DNA of 64,000 bases. Source: Felis catus. Taxonomy: Eukaryota. Shown piece by piece: positions 1-10,671 of the stretch. The translations under genes were made by a program, and so were the position numbers. Below the pieces are notes generated by a model. The model was not told the origin of the DNA and searched no databases. It saw nothing but the letters and a program-made list of their open reading frames with translations. The DNA is taken from NCBI RefSeq assembly GCF_018350175.1, contig NC_058382.1, positions 59,460,001 through 59,524,000 of the forward strand. Direction: 5' to 3'. Position 1 is the first letter of the stretch; each line of letters starts with the position of its first letter.

Positions 1-104
1 CACCCAAATCAGAAGTGTGCCCGTGGGACAGAGCACAGTGCCCTCAAAGGGTCTGCTGCCAGGAAATATTTTTAGAGCTGCATGTGAAGTCCCGCCCCTC
101 CTAC

Positions 105-510
105 TGTACAGCCACATGATACTCCACCGTGTGACAGAACCATCAATGACCCAACACGTGTCCCATTGACAGATATCTATCACGTTTCCATTTGCTTGCT
201 ACTATAAATGCTAAAATTGACATCTTTGTAATCATCCCATCTATGTGTGAGTATGCTGTTAAGATAAATTTCTAGGACCTGAATTGCTGGATTGAGGGAC
301 ATGTGTGTTTTACATTTCAATTGGTATTTGCAAAGCGCTTTGTGAGACAAGGTCTCAATTCACCCTCTAAGCAGCAGTGTATGAAAATGTCCACTTTCGC
401 ACCTGATCACCACTATGGGGAGGGTTCTGATTTCTGGACCGATTTCTGGATCTTGACTAAGCTGATAGGTGAGAGTTGCCTACACCTCACTGTGGTTTTA
501 ATTTGCCTGT
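105..510 (-). mobile_element. Ancient L1M (L1ME-like) ORF2 3' fragment
   Basis: Antisense L1 motifs 'gaattgctggattgaggg', 'cagcagtgtatgaaaatgtcc', 'ctcactgtggttttaatttgc'. Confidence 0.7.
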
Positions 511-521
511 GAGACAAGTAG

Positions 522-628
522 CCCTGTTTCTATTTTACAGATGAGGAAACAGACTCAAAGGGGTTAGGTCACTTGCAAGGTTACACAGCAAGTAAGTGCA
601 AAACCAGAATTTGGACTCTGTTTCCTGG
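522..628 (-). mobile_element. MIR SINE core
   Basis: 'attttacagatgaggaaacagactca...ggttaggtcacttgcaaggttacacagc'. Confidence 0.8.
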
Positions 629-1334
629 GCCCGCCCCCCTACTCTCCTGCCACCTCTCATAGCTGTGACAGGTTCTGTCCCTTGCACATGGGGCTTGTTC
701 ACAAACAGAACGGAAGCCCCTACTTGGCAGGTTCTCTATCCCTTCCATATGCTGCACTGGGCCTGGCTCAATGCGCGGGACAAGCACACCCCCTAAGCAT
801 ATCTGCTGGATCCGGTCTCACACCTGCACACCCACGGTGCAGCCTGGCAGCCGGGAAGCCACACAAGAAAAAGGGAAACCATGGGGACAACACCTCCAAA
901 GCGTGGCCAAGGGGATACCTCTGAGACCTCCTGGTTATTGAGCAGGGTGGGTCCAGCTTGGCTGAAGGATGCTCCCAGGCATCCCCAGGGAAGGGACGGC
1001 CAGGGATGCGGGTATGAATGCCCACATGCACAGAACTGGGAACAACAACCAGAAGTACCTTCCACTGGCTGCATGCCCAGGGCTGCTGGGTTTCATATCC
1101 CGCGGGTTCTGCCAAAGCGAGACTGGATTTCTTTCAGGGTGTCAGGTGCCTATGACAACTGACGTATGTAAGTGCCAGTAGAGCCCCCGTGATCCAAGAG
1201 CTCCACAGCCCCAAGGGCACAGAGGAGGGCAGGGAGAGCCGTCACTGCACCGCACGTTTGAAGGGCTCCTCGCAAATCCTTCTCCAGCACTCACACTTTT
1301 CCATTTTGTGCTTTACGGCCACTTTCACAGGTGA

Positions 1335-1420
1335 GTGTTACAGATGAGAAAATAGAGTTTCAAAGTGACGCTAGTTTGCCTGAGGTCCCACGGCTGCTAC
1401 TGGCAGTACGGAAGTGGCTC
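1335..1420 (-). mobile_element. MIR fragment
   Basis: 'ttacagatgagaaaatagag...tttgcctgaggtcccacggct'. Confidence 0.6.
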
Positions 1421-2763
1421 TGAACGGAGTCAGTGCTCAACAAATGCTCCCAAAAGGCCCCCTTCCCAAACCCCACCCCCGGGGACTCGGGGTCCCCCAG
1501 GCCTTGCGCTTCAGTGATGGCCCCAGGGCCTGACCCCCATTTCCACTAAACCTCCTCCGGCCACTTCTCATGCTGGAGAGAACATCTCTCATGTCCCGGA
1601 ATGCAATTTGGCGGCAGGGGGCTCGGAGGCTGCCAGGACCTCCCCCAGCACCCCTACCCGCTCCCAGCACGGAGGTCTGACCCACACCACGGGGCCGGGC
1701 GTTGGCGGGCAGGCGGGACTGCACACACTTCCTCCCCTCCTGGGCTCAGCAGGGGCTGGGTGTGGGCCTGACAGCATGGATTCTGAGAGACACTCCATCG
1801 GCCCCAGCCCTGACCGCAGGCACGGCTGGGTGGGTCTGGGATGAGGGGCCACAGCACCAAGCCTAGGCCCCACGTGGTCTCACCCCTGCGTGACCTCACA
1901 CATCACTGTGAATGTCTGTGCTGGGCTCCAACCACCCCCTTCACAGTCTCAGCGGCAGGCCGCACTTTGAATCTACGTGTGGGAGGCGTGGACAGAGAGG
2001 AGATGACCAATGGGAGGTGGGCCCGTGAGTGGAGCAAAACCCACAGAGTCTGGTCCCCTTATCAGTCACACACCCCTCTCCAGCTCACCACCCGCCCTTC
2101 GGGGAACAGTCCTCCCCAACAGGGGGCATGGCTGCTGTCAATCCCCCACCCCAGCCATCGTGGGGTTTCTCTACGAGTCCAGAGAAGGGACTCTGAGGTC
2201 ACAAGGCTGTGTCACATGCTGAGCCCCGAGACAGTACCCCAATCCCCAGGGGCAGACATGGGTGAGAGGCTGGGGCCTCTCAGCCAGCTCCCTACCCACC
2301 CTTCCTAACAGCCAACAAATTCCCTTCGTTCTGTCTTCACCGGCTCAATAGAAATGCTAAGGGCTCACACACTTCGAAACTCAGCCCCACCAGAGCCCTC
2401 CCACGAGGAACCGAGGTGCAGTTAACAACACAAAACCCGCACGTGGGGGAGGGCCCACACTGAACCCGGGCCTCTGGTCGGCAGGGCCCTGCAGTGGCCA
2501 TCACTACTGCCAACCAGCCAGGACCGCCTTGATTGAACGTGGCCCCGAGGCCTGCGCTGGCCAATAAAACAGAGTGGAGGCACATCACGTCGGCTCCTTC
2601 ATGCTCCCCTGCCAAGTCCCGGGCATGGACACCCGTGCGGATTTGCCAGTGATGCCAGACCAAGGCAGCCTGGACGCTGAGCAAACTCACAAGGGGCAGC
2701 TGTCCTGGGGAGCCACCTCCACCGATAGTCACCTTTGCATCAGCAAGAAACCGACACTTAGTT

Positions 2764-2929
2764 GGGCACCTGGGGGGCTCAGACAGTTGAGCGTCTGACT
2801 TGATTTCAGCTCAAGTCATGGTACTGTTTGTGGGTTCAAGCCCCGTACTGGGCTCTGCACTGACAGCACAGAGCCTGATTAGCATTCTCTCTCCCTCTCT
2901 CTCTCTGCCTCTCCCCTGCTTATGGGAGG

Positions 2930-2986
<57 letters not shown>

Positions 2987-3027
2987 TCTCTCCCCCCCCC
3001 CAAAAAAAACATTAAAAATAAAAAAGA
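2764..3027 (+). mobile_element. CanSINE (tRNA-derived carnivore SINE)
   Basis: gggcacctggggggctcag head, (CT)n tract, A-rich tail. Confidence 0.95.
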
Positions 3028-3029
3028 CA

Positions 3030-3243
3030 GGGGCTCCTGGGTGGCTTCGGCTCAGGTCATGATCTTGTGGTCTGTGAGTTCGAGCCCCGCGTCAGGCTCT
3101 GTGCTGACAGCTCGGAGCCTGGAGCCCGCTTCGGATTCTGTGTCTCCCTCTCTCTCTGTTCTTCCCAACTTGCACACTCTCTCTCACTCTTGCTCTCTCT
3201 CAAAAATAAATAAAGATTTTTTAAAAGTTAAAAAAAAAAAAAG
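3030..3243 (+). mobile_element. CanSINE, felid type, with ~20-nt deletion in the A-box region
   Basis: 'gggtggct|tcggctcaggtcatgatc', 'gagcctggagcccgcttcggattctgtgtctccc', A tail. Confidence 0.95.
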
Positions 3244-3714
3244 AAATTGACACTTGTCATCCTCAGTCACCAGCAGTGCAGGATGTTTCCAACTACAGGA
3301 GAGCCTGGGCCATGCTAACCGGTAGAGACTGTCCAACTTGCAAACCACGAGTCCTGTGTAACCGCTCGAGGACAGCACTAGCTCCTGCCCCTCCTCAATA
3401 GACAGAATGCCCGTCCTCTTTGTTTCTGTCAGTTACATAGGTCTTGTAAAGGGAGCCCCCATCCCCACCATTCGGGGTGGAGACAAGGCCTCTTTGGTAC
3501 ATGGCAGTATCCCTGTGCTGGCGGCTGCCTTTCAGGACCCAGATGAGGCGAGCCTCCAGGTTATTACCTCTCTGAGATCCCTACAACTGAGATAGTGACT
3601 GAGGAAGATGTGCTGGAAATGGGGCCCCAGTTACGGCTCAATTACTACAGAGAATGGCCCCCTTTGAAGCCTAGCAGCCTTCAGTTAGCAGGATTTCTGC
3701 CAGAAAATTACTTC

Positions 3715-4313
3715 TCACCCTACAACCCAGCAATTGCACTACTAGGCATTTATCCATGGGATACAGGTGTGCTGTTTCGAAGGGGCACATGCATCCCAAT
3801 GTTTACAGCAGTGTTATCGACAACAGCCAAAGTATGGAAAGAGCCCAAGTGTCCATCGATGGATGAATGGATAAAGAAGATGTGGTTTACATATACAATG
3901 GAGTATTACTCGGTAATCAAAAAGAATGAAATCTTGCCATTTGCAACTACGTGGATGGAACTGGAGGGTATTATGCTAAACGAAGTAAGTCAGAGAAAGA
4001 CAAATATCATATGAATTCACCCATATTAGGACTTTAAGAGACAAAACAGATGAACATAAGGGAAGGGAAACAAAAATAAGATAAAAACAGGGAAGGGGAC
4101 AAAACAGAAGAGACTCATAAATATGGAGAACAAACTGAGGGCTACGGGAGGGGTTGTGGGAGGGGGGATGGGCTAAATGGGCAAGGGGCACTAAGGAATC
4201 TACTCCTGAAATCATTGTTGCACTATATGCTAACTAATTTGGATGTAAATTTTAAAAAATAAAATTAAAAGACAAAAAATGTGAAAAAAAAAGAAAAAGA
4301 AACTGACAGAGGA

Positions 4314-4405
<92 letters not shown>

Positions 4406-4408
4406 AAA
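3715..4408 (+). mobile_element. 5'-truncated carnivore L1 (ORF2 C-terminus, 3'UTR and tail)
   Basis: Translates as L1 ORF2p C-terminus (PYNPAIALLGIYP...WIKKMWFTYTMEYYS...FATTWMELEGIML); perfect 13-bp TSD agaaaattacttc at 3702-3714 and 4409-4421. Confidence 0.95.
4312..4408 (+). repeat. (GAAA)n tetranucleotide microsatellite in the L1 tail
   Basis: Near-perfect GAAA run lying inside the L1 TSD pair. Confidence 0.98.
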
Positions 4409-4764
4409 AGAAAATTACTTCCCAAAACCTTGAGAAGACCAGAGTCCAGAGGGGACCATGGCGGGGGGGGCACCCAAAAATACAAGAGAGAGTTAAAATG
4501 CAGGTACTGACCACGTGGACACACAAACACTGTGCCACAAACAGTTCCGGCAAGGGAGATCCCTCCAAACAAAAATGCACACACCATTCTGCATGTGAAG
4601 TGAGGGGTCCCCGGGCACCCGCACAGCACTGTCAGACTCCCTTAACCGCAGGTCCGTCCTCAGGACCATCCTCAGCAGTAAGCCCTCTCGGAGTCCCAGA
4701 GCAGCTCGACCCAGGCTTCCCGACGTGGGAACTCATCTCTCTAACTACTGTGTTGGTCAGTAAT

Positions 4765-4960
4765 TAAACACATATTAAGCACTTACTGTGTGCAGGCACT
4801 GCACTAAGCACCAGGAGCACACCAGTGAATGGACAGCCAGTTGTCAAAGAACTCAGGGTCTAGAGGGGAGACAAAGGCATGTGCACAATGACCAGGACGG
4901 GTGGATCAGCACTGTGGGCACAATCAAAACAGGGTCCACGTTTTACATGCGTGGGGGGGT
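4765..4960 (-). mobile_element. L2 3' fragment
   Basis: 'catattaagcacttactgtgtgcaggcactgcactaagc...gaactcagggtctagaggggagaca'. Confidence 0.7.
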
Positions 4961-5010
4961 CCCTGAGCCAGAATGATCAAGAGGGCACCACACAGGTACC
5001 AGCTCAGGAG

Positions 5011-5130
5011 GATGGGGGGAGCACCAGCACACCACACCAGAGAAGGGGGAGCACCAGCACTCCATCTCAGAAAGAGGGGAGCATCGGAACTCCATTACAG
5101 AGAGGGAGGAGCACCAGCACTCCAGTGGGG
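5011..5130. repeat. 30-bp minisatellite, 4 degenerate copies
   Basis: Units begin at 5011, 5041, 5071 and 5101; consensus approximately agaagggggagcaccagcactccatctcag. Confidence 0.9.
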
Positions 5131-6019
5131 GAGGGAGACAGTAGGAGAATCCCACTGTTCTTTGTGATTTCTTCTGTTGTCTTACACTCAGTTCTCAGAC
5201 TGCCCCATGGCTGAGGAGCGACAGCAGCCACCGCAGTGACCCATGGGCCCCCCAAACTTCAGAGGGAGCAGAACCTTCCTCACTGATCAGAAAAGCTGTG
5301 GTCCCGGAGATGGGGTGAATCCCAGGCACTTCTCCTCTCTCCATCCTCTGCCTCCTGGCCCAGCCCTGGGCACAGTGATGAACAGTGTGTTGCACAGCAC
5401 AGGCACTAAAGCACCAGCCTTCTGAATGGGGGCCCAGAGGGAGCCTAGGGCACTGGAAAATACGTTGGGAGTCAGAAAGCCGGGGGGGGATGGGATGGGA
5501 AGGGGACTGTGAGTTCACCCCTACAAGTTGCTCACGATCTCCTGGGCCTGTCTCTAAGCTGCGTGCACGTGAATGTATCTGACCCTAAACAGCCTGCTTA
5601 AGACTTTGAGAATTGAACCCAGTGTGATTGCTGCCCTGGTTCCAGACTGGCCACTGGGCGGTTCACACACAGGGCAGCTCTGACCTGCATGGCAGAGGCT
5701 TTGGAAACTGACCTGCCATTAGGATCACAGCTCATGGGAGGCTGGTGGGAACTTGCTGCGTAAACCCAACCAGGTCAATCACCTGATAAAACAAAACTAG
5801 CAAAGTGTTCCATGCCACTTAAACAAGACCTGACACCTCACAATATAATATTCAGAACGTCCAGGAGGATACAGATGGAAATTACTCAGAAATTACGAAG
5901 GAACAGGAAAATCTCAACCAGCACCAGCAAAGACAAGGGTCAGGCCCCCACATCAATATAGACAGAGGTTGGACTGGTCAGAAAAAGGCTTTGGAGCAGC
6001 TATTATAAAGATGCTCCAT

Positions 6020-6150
6020 GGGTGCCTGGGGGGCTCAGTGGGTTGAGCGTCTGACTGTTGATTTCAGTTCAGGTCCTAATCCCAGGGTCATGGGATCAAG
6101 CCCCACGTCAGGCTCCACATGGAGCGTGGAACCTGCTTAAGATTCTCTCA
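6020..6150 (+). mobile_element. CanSINE, 3'-truncated
   Basis: Head runs to 'cctgcttaagattctctc', then a second SINE head follows immediately. Confidence 0.9.
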
Positions 6151-6151
6151 T

Positions 6152-6335
6152 GGGGCGCCTGGGTGGCTCAGCTGGTTAAGCATCTGACTCTTGATTTTGG
6201 CTCAGGTTGTGATGTCACGGTTCATGAGTTTGAGCCCCATGTCAGGCTGACAGTGCAGAGCCTGCTTGGGATTCTCTCCCTCACTCTCTCTCTCTGCCCC
6301 CCTCCCCTGCTCGCATACTCTTTCTAAAAAAAAAA
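6152..6335 (+). mobile_element. CanSINE
   Basis: ggggcgcctgggtggctcag head, CT tract, A tail. Confidence 0.95.
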
Positions 6336-6835
6336 TGTTCTACGAGGTAAGGGCAAACACTCTTAAAGTTAATGAAAAGACAGGAAGTCTCAGAAAAGAA
6401 AGAAAACATATAGAAGAGCCGAACTGACATTTTAGAACTCAAAGGTACAATAACCAAAGTGTTAAAGCTCCCTGATGGGCTCAATGATAGAACTGAGACA
6501 CCCGAGGATTGAGTCCTCGAATGTGAACATAGATGAATAGAGGTCATCCAATCCGAACACCAAAAGGAAAAGGAGGCAAAAATTTTAAAACAGAATAAAA
6601 AAAAATCCAAATGAATAGGAACCCAGGGACCCGACCCAGACTGTGTGACACACATGCCCTAGGAGCCCCAGGAGGGGAGGGGAAGGAACGCAGCACAGGA
6701 GAACTTCTGAGGCACAACTGCTCACAAGTCTCATCTGTTAGCAAACCGTACAGATCCAAGAAGCTTAGTGAATCCCAAAAAGGATAAACTCAAAGAAACC
6801 CATGACTCGCTATATTGTTATCAAAGGCTCAAAGC

Positions 6836-7055
6836 GTGGGGCAAAAATAATATAAAAACAGGGAGAGGGACAAAACACAAAAGACTTAAATGCAGAGAAC
6901 AAACTGAGGGCTGCTGGAGGGAGTGTAGGGTGGGGGGATGGGCTAAATGGGTGACGGGCATTGAGGAGGGCACTTGATGGGATGAGCACCGGGCGTTACA
7001 TGTAGGGGATGAATCACTGGAGTCTACTCCTGAATCACTATTGCACTATTTATTT
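6836..7055 (+). mobile_element. Carnivore L1 3'UTR fragment
   Basis: Paralogous to 4070-4240 ('gagaacaaactgaggg...ggctaaatggg...tctactcctgaa...ttgcacta'). Confidence 0.9.
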
Positions 7056-7260
7056 ACCTAATTTGTTATTTAATTTAGTAATAAATAAATTAATAAGCTA
7101 AATATAAATAATAAAATAATTAATTATTATAAGTTATTTAATTTATGTAACTTACATATATACTATGATTATATATAATCATATATATTATATTATATTA
7201 TGTTCATTTATGTAATTATTATTATAAATTATTTAATTTATTATTTAAATAAATAAGTTT
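7050..7260. repeat. AT-rich low-complexity tract with short palindromes
   Basis: Almost entirely A/T; resumes after the SINE to ~7545. Confidence 0.9.
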
Positions 7261-7264
7261 AAAT

Positions 7265-7477
7265 TTTTTTTTTCAACGTTTATTTATTTTTTGGGACAGA
7301 GAGAGACAGAGCATGAACGGGGGAGGGGCAGAGAGAGAGGGAGACACAGAATCGGAAACAGGCTCCAGGCTCCGAGCCATCAGCCCAGAGCCCGATGCGG
7401 GGCTCGAACTCACGGACCACGAGATCGTGACCTGGCTGAAGTCGGACGCTTAACCGACTGCGCCACCCAGGCGCCCC
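7265..7477 (-). mobile_element. Young cat-type CanSINE (SINEC_Fc-like)
   Basis: CpG-rich; 'ggaaacaggc' and 'aaccgactgcgccacccagg' variants; perfect 15-bp TSD taaataagtttaaat at 7250-7264 and 7478-7492. Confidence 0.95.
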
Positions 7478-9083
7478 TAAATAAGTTTAAATAAATAAAT
7501 TTAAATTCAAATAAATAAAATAATGTCAGTTCAGGTATAAATAAACTTAAGTGCATCCAAAAAAAAAGGCAAAGAAAAGATCTTGAAAGCAGCGGCGGTG
7601 GGGGGGGAGGAGGGAGAGGGGGAGGGAAAGAGCGTATCACCTGCAGGACAACAATGAAGCGTGACAGTGCTGCAGATAGAAACAACTACATCCACATGAT
7701 GGGAGAGGACTTCGGCGCCGCTCTCCTTGTGACTGGGGTGACACACAGACTGCCACCAGCAAGGACACAAAGTGGAGGAACACCAGCCCACAGTTGCATC
7801 TGATTTATAAACCCACCAACAGCAACACGAACTTTCTTTTTCAGTGCACGTGGAACACAGAGATTGACGACCGTTTCCCAGCTCCTAAAACAAGCCTTAA
7901 CAAATTTAAGAGTTGAAATCATACAGAGCATGTCCTCTGATAATAATAAAATTAAACTGGAAATCAATTACAGAATGATAACAGGAATATACTCAAAAAC
8001 TTGGAAACTAACACACATCTAAATAACCCATGGGTCAGAGAAGAACTCTCCAGAGAAATTAGAAAGCAGTTTTAATTGGATGGAAGGACAGGATGACGTG
8101 ATGTCTGTGGAATCCGCTACAGCGGTATTGGCAGAAAAGTGCGCACCGTCCGATGCCTGGAGGACAAAAGAAAGGGCTTAAGCCAATGATCTAAACTCTC
8201 ACTGTAAGGAACTAGAAAAACAAGAACAAAATTAACCAGAGAAAGTGAAGAAAATAAATTAATAAGAAACAGAAATCAATGGAGTTGAAGAGAAAAATAA
8301 TAGGGAAAATCAATAAAATGAAAAGTTGGTTCTTCAAAATAATAAAATTTATAAAACTCTACCGAGAGCCACAAGCAAACGCAGAGAGAAGTCACGAATT
8401 ATTAATGCCAGGAACTCAAGAAAGCACATCACTACAGATACTCGACATCAAAGCTATAATAACGGAATACCATGAAAAACTCTATGCCCAATAAATTTGA
8501 CAATTTCAATAAAAGTGAAAATTTTCACAAAGACTATTAACTACCAAAATTCATCCAAGAGGAAATATTTAACATGAATGGTTTTATAACTATTTTAAAA
8601 ATTTCATTCATGGCTTAAGTCCTTTCAAGAAAGAAGTCTCCCTGATGAACTCTTCATGGCATTTAGAGATGGCACTCTTCAACACATTTCTTCCAGAAAA
8701 CAGAGATCTGTGACCCCCCACAGAAAACAATTACCAATTAATTTTATGAGGCCAGCATTACCCTGATACCAAACCAAAGACAGTGTAAATTTAAAAAGGA
8801 GGAACAAAAAGCTACAGACCAATATCCTTCACCAGAGACACAAAAATCCTTAACAAAATGCTAGGAAATTGTATCTATCAATACACAGAAGGGCCAACAC
8901 ACCACAGCCTTGCGGAGTTTATCCTGGGAACACAAGGCCAATTCACTGTTCAAAAATCAACTAATCTATCATATTAAGAGTCTGAAGCAGAAATGCCCTG
9001 CGATCACATGAATCGACACAACATATCACTTGACAAAAGTCAATACCTATTCCCAATTAAAAAATAAAAATAAAAAAACTCTT

Positions 9084-9208
9084 GGGGCTCCTGGCTGGCT
9101 CAGTCAGAAAAGCATGGGACTCTTGATCCTGGGGTTGTGAGTTCGAGCCCCACACTGGGTGTAGAGATTACTTAAATAAATAAACTTAAGAAAATAGTAA
9201 AAATTTTT
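9084..9208 (+). mobile_element. Short tRNA-Lys-like carnivore SINE (no CT tract)
   Basis: 'ggggctcctggctggctcagtc...gagttcgagccccacactgggtgtagagattacttaaataaataaa'. Confidence 0.85.
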
Positions 9209-10020
9209 AAAAACTCTCTGCAAACCAGAAATACAAGGGAACTTCCTTAATCTGAAAAAAAGGAATCTAAAAAAAAAAACAAAACCCTACAGTTAGCATC
9301 ATAGTTATGAAAGCCTGGACCCTTTCCTCCTATAACTGAAAATAAGGCAACAATGTCTACTCTCAACACTGGTACTAAACGTCATCCTGGAAATGTCAGC
9401 CAGTGCGGTCAAATAAGACAAAGCAATAAAAGGCAATACAAATTGTAAAGAAAGAAAGAAAACTTTTCCGATGCACGTCATGGCTAAAACATAAAGTTTG
9501 ACCACACCAAGTATTGTGAGGATGTGGAGAAACCGGAACCCTCTGCACGGTTGGTGGGGGTCACAGCGACGCACGTTCTGTGAGACACAGCTTGGCAGTT
9601 TCTTAAAAATATAAACATTAATTTACTGTATGGTCCAACCACTCCTAGGTATTGGCCTGAGAGAAAGGAAAACAAACGTCCATGCAGAGACAACGCCAAG
9701 AGCGGCTCTGCTTGTAACAGCCCGCAGCTGAACACGACCCAAACGTTTGTCAGCAGAGGAACCACGCATCAGAACCCACCCGCTGGATCAGCACTCAATG
9801 ACCCAGACACGCTATGGCACGCACCGATCTTGAAATACTCGTGCTGAGCAAAGGACACCAGTTGAAGGAAATGAGCACATTAACAGAAAGTAGGAAGTGC
9901 ATCCCGAGATGTGACAAGAGGCAGGGCGGCAGTTGCCTAAGAACAGGGTAAAGGCAGAGTGCAAGGCATCGCAGAGGCCACTGGGAAGCCAGGGCAAGGG
10001 CGCGGATGTCATTGTCTTTG

Positions 10021-10167
10021 TTTCATTTTTTTTAAGTTTCTTTTTCTTTTGAGAGAGAGAGAACGTGTGAGCATGAGCAGGCGAAGGGCCCAGGGAGAGG
10101 GAATCTTAAGCAGGCTTCCATGCCCAGCAGGAAGGCAGGACCTGGTCACACGACTGTGACATCATGT
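10021..10167 (-). mobile_element. 5'-truncated CanSINE
   Basis: T tail and (GA)n; TSD gatgtcatt(g/t)tctttg at 10005-10020 and 10168-10183. Confidence 0.85.
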
Positions 10168-10282
10168 GATGTCATTTTCTTTGACGGTGGGGGCAGTTTC
10201 ATAGATGATGCATTATGTCAAGACATCAGATTGTGTGATTTAAATGTATGCAATTCATTGTAAGTCAATTATACTCAGAGAT

Positions 10283-10655
10283 TTTTTTTTAAGTTCCTAT
10301 TTAATTTCCAGTTAGCTAACATACAAGGTATTATTAGTTCCAGGGGTACAATATAAGGATTTCACACTTGCATACAACCCGGTGCCCATCAGGACAGGGG
10401 CCCTCCTTTATACCCATCACCTATTTCCCCCACCCCACCCCACCTCCCCTCTGGTGACCATCGGTGTGTTCTCTGGAATTAGGAGTCTGCTTCTTGGTTT
10501 GTCTCTCTCTTTTTCCACCGCTGCCCGTTTGTTTTGTTTCATAAATCCCACACAGGCGTGAGATCATAGAGTATTCGTCTTTCCCTGCCTGACTTATTTC
10601 ACTTAGCATCATACTCTCTAACCCCATCCATGTTGTTGCAAATGGTCAGAGTTGG
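10283..10655 (-). mobile_element. Carnivore L1 3' end
   Basis: Minus-strand translation LESMMLSEISQAGKDEYSMISRLCGI resembles the ORF2p end; 3'UTR follows. Confidence 0.9.
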
Positions 10656-10671
10656 TTTTTTTTTTTTTTTT

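Larger units (their letters stand above)
5770..10280 (+). mobile_element. Ancient L1M (L1MC/L1MD-like) with ORF1, ORF2 and 3' remnants, internally deleted and interrupted by younger inserts
   Basis: ORF1-like at 6340-6835 and 7565-7600 ('aaagatcttgaaagcagc'); EN end 'gaaatcatacagagcatgtcctctgataataataaaattaaactggaaatc' at ~7915; RT motifs FYEASITLIP at ~8742 and YRPIS at ~8812; 3' end at 9490-10280. Confidence 0.85.

Noticed and set aside
3595..4014. 139-aa ORF as a gene
   Set aside because: Truncated L1 ORF2 C-terminus fused by chance to the flank; non-ATG start; frameshift near the end.
9084..9160. tRNA-Lys gene
   Set aside because: SINE head with a SINE-type 3' extension and A-rich tail.
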